Virus record (IMG/VR): IMGVR_UViG_3300014720_002669
Origin: a virus
DNA length: 64,000 nucleotides
Reading direction: 5' to 3' (one strand)
Each line of letters starts with the position of its first letter. The stretch's first letter is position 1. Both the position numbers and the translations under genes were made by a program. The notes under the pieces were generated by a model. The model was not told the DNA's origin, did not search any database, and was given only the letters and a program-made list of their open reading frames with translations. This document shows positions 57,260-64,000 of this stretch, in pieces.

Positions 57260-58136
57260 TTATGTGTTTCGTGATCAAGCACAGCGAGAACAAGTAGAAG
57301 GTTGGGTACGGTCTGGTGCTATTCCGCACCTGCTGTTCTCTGGCTCACCAGGTGTGGGCAAGACCACCCTGGCCCGGATCTTGATCCAGGAACTGGGCAT
57401 TGATCCATTTGATGTGATGGAAATCAATGCATCAAGAGAAAACAACATTGACACAATCCGTGCCAAGATCACCAGCTTTGTGCAGACCATGCCATTTGGT
57501 GATTTCAAGATTGTGTTGTTGGACGAAGCAGACTACATCACGCCCAATGGTCAGGCAGCCCTGCGTGGTGTGATGGAGACGTATTCCAGCACTGCCCGAT
57601 TCATTCTCACTTGTAACTATCCCAATCGTGTTATTCCAGCCTTGCACAGCAGATGTCAAGGATTTCACATTGAGAAAGTGGATGTGACAGAGTTCACTGC
57701 TAGAATGGCCACCATACTGGTGACAGAGTCAGCGGAGTTTGATTTAGACACCTTGGACAGTTATGTCAAGGCCACTTATCCAGATCTTCGCAAGTGTATC
57801 AACTTGTGCCAAATGAACACTGTGGATAGCAGACTCAATGCACCACACGGCGACGAAGGTGGTGCAACGTCTGACTACTTGCTCACAGCAGTGGACCTGT
57901 TCAAGCGTGGTCGAACACGTGAAGCCAGAACCTTGCTGTGCCAAAATGTGCGCAGTGAGGACATGGAAAACCTGTTCCGTTGGATGTACGACAACTTGGA
58001 TTTGTGGGGCACCACACCCGAACGTCAAGACCAAGCCATCATAATCATCCGTAACAGCGCAGCCAATGCCAGTCTTGTGGCAGACCATGAAATCAACTTG
58101 AGCGCCACAATTGTAGAACTGTGTAACATAGAATGA
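57213..58136 (+). CDS. Clamp loader AAA+ subunit (RFC small / gp44-like)
   Basis: WTEKYRP, GSPGVGKTT, INAS, LDEAD, FILTCN, SRC. Confidence 0.93.
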   Translation: MKQLWTEKYRPNTLIDYVFRDQAQREQVEGWVRSGAIPHLLFSGSPGVGKTTLARILIQELGIDPFDVMEINASRENNIDTIRAKITSFVQTMPFGDFKIVLLDEADYITPNGQAALRGVMETYSSTARFILTCNYPNRVIPALHSRCQGFHIEKVDVTEFTARMATILVTESAEFDLDTLDSYVKATYPDLRKCINLCQMNTVDSRLNAPHGDEGGATSDYLLTAVDLFKRGRTREARTLLCQNVRSEDMENLFRWMYDNLDLWGTTPERQDQAIIIIRNSAANASLVADHEINLSATIVELCNIE

Positions 58137-58426
58137 GATACCTGCTGTTGACCTATATGACCAAACCCGACGGCCGAATTGACGAAGTTATGGCCGTGGC
58201 TCGAAATCTCAAAAAAAGAGACATTGCCACTTGCAATGTCATACTTGACTTCAAAACCTTGAGTGTGTTAAAATGCAGCATGGCAGGCACAACTGTGCCC
58301 AGGGATTTTGATCGCATAGCCGGTTACTATCATCAACACTATGCAGCCACCATAGAACGATTATTCAAAGAAAATGGATACCAAGTTGAAGTCAACAACC
58401 CCGAAACCAAACCTGATTTTAGTTGA
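58133..58426 (+). CDS. Hypothetical protein
   Basis: ATGA-coupled ORF. Confidence 0.6.
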   Translation: MRYLLLTYMTKPDGRIDEVMAVARNLKKRDIATCNVILDFKTLSVLKCSMAGTTVPRDFDRIAGYYHQHYAATIERLFKENGYQVEVNNPETKPDFS

Positions 58427-58994
58427 CGCAGATGGCGTCTTGCTCGACTGGGAGTTTGCTTTCTCAATCTGGATGGACGAACACGGATTTGTTAAACAGG
58501 AGGGTCACCAATTTGAATACGACATTGGTGACCGTTATGGTGTAGGACACAAACAGGGCCGCAAACTTATAAAAATGTTCAACGAATCAGCCGCAATTGG
58601 ATTCTTGCCACCCTTGCGTGATGCCATGTACTATGTGAAACGACTGCACGAAGAACATGGCTATGTGTTTCATTGCATCACCAGTCTCAGCACAGACGTC
58701 AACGCTGGCCGACTGAGAGAAATGAACCTGCGCAAATTGTTTGGCAAAACAGCATTTGAAGATGTGACTTGTTTGGCCACAGGTGCTGCTAAAAACTATG
58801 CCTTGGAACCCTATGCTGGATCAGGACTGTGGTGGTTTGAGGACAAAATTGAAAATGCGGTTGTTGGACATGAAATGGGTCTTAAATCTGTGCTAATAGA
58901 GCATGGACACAATATGACTTTTGAACACCCGAACATTCCTAGGGTAAAAAATTGGAAAGAGATTTACGATCTTATAACCAATGCCAGCCACTAA
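58374..58994 (+). CDS. HAD-superfamily phosphatase / 5'-nucleotidase-like protein (target gene of cassette 2)
   Basis: DADGVLLDW (motif I), ITS (motif II), EDKIEN (motif IV), VKNW.EI. Confidence 0.8.
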   Translation: MDTKLKSTTPKPNLILVDADGVLLDWEFAFSIWMDEHGFVKQEGHQFEYDIGDRYGVGHKQGRKLIKMFNESAAIGFLPPLRDAMYYVKRLHEEHGYVFHCITSLSTDVNAGRLREMNLRKLFGKTAFEDVTCLATGAAKNYALEPYAGSGLWWFEDKIENAVVGHEMGLKSVLIEHGHNMTFEHPNIPRVKNWKEIYDLITNASH

Positions 58995-59625
58995 CTCCGC
59001 GTTTAATTAATCCACCGATTGCTTCTGGAGTTATTCCATATGCTTTTGCAGCATCACCTCTACTTTGGAATATCTCTCCACTAGGAGAAATACACGGCTT
59101 CCTTCCATACTGTGATAATTTCATTTTTGTTTCAGCGGTATGTGGTTTTTTATATTTTATTATTCTGCCAGGCACAAAAATATCAGGTTGTGTTCCTTCG
59201 GGCACGTAAATATTTTCTGTCCCATTGTTATACCATCTAAGATTATTTTCAACAATAGCCGATCTACCAAACATTGAATTCTTAGAGCCTGTTGTGTCTC
59301 TCTTCGCCATGCCTATCCTATAATTTTCACATCTTGATGTGTCACCACCGTCTCCTGTTTCGGGACGCATATTTGCAAAATTTTGATCATTAACAACATC
59401 CCATAATTCTGAATAGTATTGTCCTTTTGTTTTAATTTCTTCAAGATTGTCGGATTCAAAAAGAATTAAGGTGGAAACATCATTACCGTGTTTGGCTAAA
59501 TGACGAGTCCACCTTAATCCAGATCCTTTATATTTGTAAGGATCTCCTGTAGTTTTACCAAGGTACTTCAGGCCAGTAACTTGGTGCGTTTTCAAATACA
59601 GATATGTTTTTATAATTTTATTTAT
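58839..59625 (-). mobile_element. Free-standing homing endonuclease cassette 2 carrying a replacement 3' end of the HAD gene
   Basis: Tail EDKIENA...VKNWKEIYDLIT at 58839-58994, antisense GIY-YIG ORF, CATAAATA, then the degenerate old tail at 59626-59689. Confidence 0.75.
58972..59613 (-). CDS. GIY-YIG (Seg-like) homing endonuclease; ATA occupies the expected start position
   Basis: (I)KTYLYLKTHQVTGLKYLGKT, YKGSG.RW, FAN.RPETGDGG, NSMFGR, WYNNG, HTAETK.KLS. Confidence 0.82.
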   Translation of the reverse strand: MKTYLYLKTHQVTGLKYLGKTTGDPYKYKGSGLRWTRHLAKHGNDVSTLILFESDNLEEIKTKGQYYSELWDVVNDQNFANMRPETGDGGDTSRCENYRIGMAKRDTTGSKNSMFGRSAIVENNLRWYNNGTENIYVPEGTQPDIFVPGRIIKYKKPHTAETKMKLSQYGRKPCISPSGEIFQSRGDAAKAYGITPEAIGGLIKRGVSGWHWL

Positions 59626-59689
59626 GAAGATAAACTAGAAAACGCTAGTTAAAAATTGGCGGGAAATCTACGCAATAATCACCTCCTAA
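59626..59689 (+). pseudogene. Displaced, internally deleted original 3' end of the HAD gene
   Basis: EDKLENA, one extra base, then VKNWREIYAIITS*; its TAA overlaps the phoH stop. Confidence 0.8.
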
Positions 59690-60420
59690 ACCGCGTAGAG
59701 TTTCAACACTGACCCAATAATGCTGTGGCGTTGCACGTCACGAGTTTGCATTTCGCACACAGCAATTCCTGCAACTGCGGTTTGTTGCAGTTTCGCACAT
59801 AGATCCAGCAAGCCGTTGTCTCCTTGAGCACGGTCTGCTTGATCCACATCTCCTGTGATCACAATTTTGGAGTTTTGTCCAATGCGTGTCATCAGCATCT
59901 TGACCTGTGCTGGTGTTGCATTCTGCATTTCGTCTGCGATGATCCACGAATTACGGAAGGTCCGGCCTCTCATGTATGCCAGAGGAGATAGGTCCAGAAT
60001 CTGATCTTCAATCATGGCCAAGATATCTTGTGGCCTATAGTATTCACGCATGACGTCCAAGAGCGGACGAGTCCAAGGTTCCATTTTGGCAACCAAGTTA
60101 CCGGGAAGAAAGCCATGGCTCTCACCCTCTACACCCACTGCGGGTCTTGTCAGCACTATTCGATCGCATACTCCTTCTCTAAGATTTTTAACAGCAGCCT
60201 GCATTGCCAGGTACGTCTTACCTGTTCCAGCGGGTCCGGCTGTGACGACAATGTGTTGATCGGGATCTTGCAGGGCCATGACCAGTCGTTCTTGATTTCG
60301 TGTTCGAGGGATCAAGTCAATGCGGCGAGGTTGTGCTCGCGGTACATTGTTAAAGGCTATGGTGTTTGCTACTTCCAGATTCATACGTTTTTGTGCTTTT
60401 TGTGCTCGTTGTCTACTCAA
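59686..60420 (-). CDS. phoH: PhoH-like ATPase
   Basis: GPAGTGKT, LTRPAV, GFLPG, LAYMRGRTF, DEMQN, TRIG, TGD..Q.D, RH; TTG start with AGGAG. Confidence 0.95.
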   Translation of the reverse strand: MSRQRAQKAQKRMNLEVANTIAFNNVPRAQPRRIDLIPRTRNQERLVMALQDPDQHIVVTAGPAGTGKTYLAMQAAVKNLREGVCDRIVLTRPAVGVEGESHGFLPGNLVAKMEPWTRPLLDVMREYYRPQDILAMIEDQILDLSPLAYMRGRTFRNSWIIADEMQNATPAQVKMLMTRIGQNSKIVITGDVDQADRAQGDNGLLDLCAKLQQTAVAGIAVCEMQTRDVQRHSIIGSVLKLYAV

Positions 60421-60586
60421 GTGTGATTCTCCTAAGCCCTGTAGGGCCAGGTATTTACGGTGCAACTTTGTACAATAACGGAGTGGTATTTTCAAGTGCG
60501 GGGTCACTAAATACTGACCAGGCCGCAAAAAACCAACCGACCAAACTCTATTGAGCGTGTGCAATCACTTTGGTAAATACAGCATT

Positions 60587-61718
60587 ATGCAAACCAAGAA
60601 CATACACGGCATCAACGACAAAGAACTGTTCAAATCACACGAAGATTATTGGCAGGTGGCCGACGTCATCCGCGGAATTTACATGAGTGACGGGTCGCTA
60701 ACCACACTACTGGACTTTGAGCGTGTGCTGGACGAAATGGACATCTACGCATTTAGAAACTGGGAAATTGGTGAACTGGTAGCAGGCCCAGACATTGGCA
60801 AATACACAGTGGGTGTGACCTTTATGTGGCCAGAGCGTATGATGCCCGACCCCCGAGGTGGCAAACGCCTGCTGCCATTTGATTGCAAGGTCACATACAA
60901 AAAGCAAAAGATCAAGATTCCCATCCGGATCAACGATCCGTCAGATTACATTCCTGGCACCAAAAAAGCCCGGATCATTGAACGACCTGTGTGGCTGGTA
61001 GAAATTGTCATGCCCAAGCGACTTATGAGTGAGATACGCACAGGAGCCATTGAGATGGAAGGCCAAGAAATTGACTTGGACGAATTGGATCAAGCCTATG
61101 AGCAGGATCTAGACAAAGAAGACACACAAAGTGATGCAAAGGCCCAAGATGCACAACAAAACTTACAACAACAACTCCAACCAGTCCCAGCTGCTTGAAG
61201 GACTACAGTATCGTGACCTAGAAGGCATGATCAAGCCCACTATTCATGTGGATGAATTTTCAGGCAAAATGGGCGATGACGAAGACATCATTGTGATCAG
61301 TTTCTTTGTGCGTGACAAACAAGCAGCCAAGGATCTTGTGGCCTGGTTTGAAAAGGGCTATGACTTTGTGCTGGATGCTGACCGATCTCCAGGCGAAATC
61401 AAACCCAGTCGTTACTTGGTATACGTGGAAATGCGCAGACGCAGTGCCGCACCACAGTATGTGGCAGAAATGCTCGATGACCTAGAAACACTCACAGAAT
61501 ATGAAGCTGAAGACTGGACCATGCGGTACAATGGTCAAACACAGCCTTGGTCAGAAGAAGCATTTGCAACAGTTGTGCCGCTCACGCCTGATGATTATCG
61601 TCGCACACATGAGTCAGACTTGAATGAGTGGCGTACTGCTGCTGGATTGCCAGTGAAACCGATTCACGAAACCCGTCCTGACATGCGAGCCTTGCAGGCC
61701 GCTGCCGGCGTTATCTAA
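60587..61718 (+). other. Two acidic hypothetical proteins (60587-61198, ~61149-61718)
   Basis: Long ORFs after TAAATA; LLDFERVLD..PDP.GG.RL and IHVDEF..KMG motifs. Confidence 0.65.
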
Positions 61719-62226
61719 TCCACTCGCAGTAGATTCTGTTGTTGCTGTCCTGTTGTAGGTCAGCAATCTCGAACCCAAACTGATCAGCATATTGATGCAA
61801 CAGTGCCGGAGTCCAAGCAAAGAAATCAATCTCTCTGCAATGGTCGTTGTCATGGTCCTGACGTCCAGGATTGCAACGCCAATAGATTCTGGCATGTGGT
61901 GTTAACAATTGAACCACATGGCCAATTTGCTTTAATATAGTCTCTTCTGATCCAAAGTTGATACTGCCCAGGCAAAAAGCCACATTGAACAGTATATTTG
62001 ATTCAAACTGTTCAATGGTGCATTTGTAGTCAGCTTGATCAAATGCAGGATCAATTCCAGTCAAATTGGCAATGCGTCCCCGAAACGGATTGGTGCCACA
62101 TCCTACATCTAATACACTTTCACTCAATTTTATCTTTTGCATCAAAGCCCATCCAGAATACTCGTATTGGTCTATGTTTGAATGCCAATGTGTGCTGAAA
62201 TATTTGTCTAGGGTGTGTTGATCCAT
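61711..62226 (-). CDS. Class I SAM-dependent methyltransferase-like protein
   Basis: VLDVGCG.N.F..GIDP..LGSINFG. Confidence 0.75.
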   Translation of the reverse strand: MDQHTLDKYFSTHWHSNIDQYEYSGWALMQKIKLSESVLDVGCGTNPFRGRIANLTGIDPAFDQADYKCTIEQFESNILFNVAFCLGSINFGSEETILKQIGHVVQLLTPHARIYWRCNPGRQDHDNDHCREIDFFAWTPALLHQYADQFGFEIADLQQDSNNRIYCEWIR

Positions 62227-62242
62227 ATAATTAATTATACAC
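62227..62242. promoter_or_regulatory. 16-bp bidirectional TAATTA promoter candidate
   Basis: CAT-ATAAT-TAATTA-TACAC-ATG: the palindromic hexamer lies exactly 5 nt from both divergent ATGs. Confidence 0.65.
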
Positions 62243-62818
62243 ATGCTTCCCAACAGAATATTTTTAACAGGCGTGCCAGGTTCACGCTGGTCAGGTATTG
62301 CACAAAATTTGGAATCTATTCCTGGCTTCAATACCACAGACCGCACACTAGCTCGCACATACAGCCATCACAACTACACCGGACACCAAGGTGCGTACTT
62401 TGGTCCAGGCATGGAGCTGGAGTGTCGGTTGAGTGCTGATTATATCGACTCAGCCTGGACTGAACCCGGTGGCACACGATTAGTGAAAAGTCATGACTGG
62501 GCATATATGTTGTCCAATGTCCAGCGTCATTTTCCCACGGATTGGATCATGCTGGTGTATCGCCCAGACATGGCCGCCTATGCTTGGTGGCACGAAGCAG
62601 GTGGATTCCAGATCCGGTATCCTTGCTATGATGCTTACCAAGACAGCACAGGTATGTTGGCAGCAATAACTCGACAGAATCAGTGTATCTTAGAATACGC
62701 ACACAGTAGAAATGCCACTTGGCATCACTTTACCCCTGACTGGGTTGAGTCAACATTTGGATATAGAGTTGAAATTAACAAGACTTTTCCAGATATTTTA
62801 GTAACGGTGTTTAAATGA
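62243..62818 (+). CDS. P-loop/sulfotransferase-like hypothetical protein
   Basis: FLTGVPGSRWS, LVKSH, LVYRP pattern. Confidence 0.5.
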   Translation: MLPNRIFLTGVPGSRWSGIAQNLESIPGFNTTDRTLARTYSHHNYTGHQGAYFGPGMELECRLSADYIDSAWTEPGGTRLVKSHDWAYMLSNVQRHFPTDWIMLVYRPDMAAYAWWHEAGGFQIRYPCYDAYQDSTGMLAAITRQNQCILEYAHSRNATWHHFTPDWVESTFGYRVEINKTFPDILVTVFK

Positions 62819-63045
62819 AGGATCACGTTTGGTATATCAAGTACGCCAGTGCCATTACAATCTTGTGTGCCATGGTGTTGCATGTTTTTGGTATAACCCC
62901 TTGGAACAGTTTTGTACAACTGATCGGAGCTGTAGGCTGGGTCTATGTGGGATACAAGTGGAATGAACGAGCCCTGATGTTGAACTTCGTGCCCCAGTTC
63001 TTTATCATTATTCCGGCACTGGTGTACATATATTTTTTAAAATGA
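62815..63045 (+). CDS. Small membrane protein
   Basis: Three TM segments, TPWN motif. Confidence 0.6.
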   Translation: MKDHVWYIKYASAITILCAMVLHVFGITPWNSFVQLIGAVGWVYVGYKWNERALMLNFVPQFFIIIPALVYIYFLK

Positions 63046-64000
63046 AACGACTACTATTACTCTTATTAATACTTCCCATTATAGCCTTAGCCTGGGAACC
63101 CACACGTCCTGTCACAGTTGTGATAGGCAATGCACCTGGTGCTGGCAATGAAATAGCATTTAGAAAACTCGCACAGATCATTAAAGGCACCAACAAAAAG
63201 ATCATGTTTGTTGTGGAGAATCGTGCAGGTGCCGACAGTGTGATTGCCATGAATCACCTGATGACTGTGGCGCCGGACGGACACACCATTGCTGCTTTCA
63301 ATCACATGAGCTTGTATGTCACACAAGATATCTGGCAGAAGAGCATCAAACGCTACGAATACAACAGTTTTGAAGATGTGCTCACAATAGGCAAGAGCCC
63401 CTTGGTGTTGGTGGCAGCAGCCACCAGTGCTGTGAACACACCTGATGAATTTGCCACACTGTTGCGCACCACAAATCATCCTGTGTTTGTGGCTGTGGGA
63501 TCAGGCGCACATCGTATCACGTTTGAATATTTGATGATGAAAACCACCGGCAATAGATCGCTGGTAAAACACGTACAATTCAACGGTCCGGCACAAGCTG
63601 TGCAAAGTGTAGCCAGCCCAGCAGGTGGTACAGAGTTTGGTATCATGCCCATTGCAGTAGCACTGCCCTTGATTGAAGCAGGACGAGTACGAGCCATCGG
63701 AATCACCGGAGATCGCAAAATAGCACTGATGCCAAATGTACCGCTATTACGACGAATTGCCCCAGGCATCAATGTGTTTGCGGCCTGGAACATTGTGCTG
63801 CCTCCACGAACAGATCGTGTGATAGTGGACTATTATGCAGATTTATTTGCTCGGGCTATAAATACAGCAGAATATCAAGAGTGGATGGATCAAAACTTGG
63901 TATTTGTGGACAGCCAGGAACTAGATCCAGATGGGTTGCGGCAACATGCTCAAGAACTGCGACGAACATTCCTACCCCTAGCAAACCAAATTAACCCCAA
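63042..64000 (+). CDS. Bug/TctC tripartite tricarboxylate transporter substrate-binding protein; runs to the window edge
   Basis: Hand translation MKRLLLLLLILPIIALAWEPTRPVTVVIGNAPGAGNE..VENRAGAD..APDGHT..GKVR-like GRVRAIGITG..P.VP. Confidence 0.85.
   Translation, partial: MKRLLLLLLILPIIALAWEPTRPVTVVIGNAPGAGNEIAFRKLAQIIKGTNKKIMFVVENRAGADSVIAMNHLMTVAPDGHTIAAFNHMSLYVTQDIWQKSIKRYEYNSFEDVLTIGKSPLVLVAAATSAVNTPDEFATLLRTTNHPVFVAVGSGAHRITFEYLMMKTTGNRSLVKHVQFNGPAQAVQSVASPAGGTEFGIMPIAVALPLIEAGRVRAIGITGDRKIALMPNVPLLRRIAPGINVFAAWNIVLPPRTDRVIVDYYADLFARAINTAEYQEWMDQNLVFVDSQELDPDGLRQHAQELRRTFLPLANQINP

Noticed and set aside
1-64000. Stop-codon reassignment as in some large phages
   Set aside because: Recognisable genes are full length in the standard code and end in TAA, TGA or TAG.
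1-64000. Bacterial chromosome or prophage origin suggested by pstS, nadE, clpP, infA and paaA
   Set aside because: These genes are solitary, out of operon context and interleaved with tail, clamp-loader and small phage genes under phage-type promoters; no integrase or att site was seen.

Overview
64 kb from a large lytic tailed phage with T4-like (myovirus-type) gene content, read with the standard genetic code. A Betaproteobacteria/Burkholderiales host is inferred from the Bug/TctC protein, PaaA and the PstS-porin pair. The window holds: (i) a PHP-less DnaE and, separately, an N-terminal DnaE fragment, a clamp loader, UvsE, NadE and PhoH; (ii) host-like metabolic genes: pstS plus an OprO/P porin behind a Pho box, paaA, SOD, ErpA, a CDGSH protein, two ClpP, GroES, IF-1, an Hc1-like protein and an ArfA-like peptide; (iii) a sugar-modification-like cluster (GT-like, NDP-sugar dehydrogenase, 2OG-Fe oxygenase, amidinotransferase) and three radical SAM loci; (iv) many small early genes behind TTGACC-N17-TATAAT promoters; (v) a tail/baseplate block at 43-54.6 kb. 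Most notable: two antisense GIY-YIG endonuclease cassettes, each apparently replacing the 3' end of its target gene with a recoded copy and leaving the old end behind; three intergenic, pseudoknot-rich candidate RNAs (11.6, 28.4, 36.2 kb); and widespread apparently leaderless genes from both sigma70-type and TAANTA promoters, including a 16-bp bidirectional unit. All calls come from motif reading by eye; no searches or folding were run.
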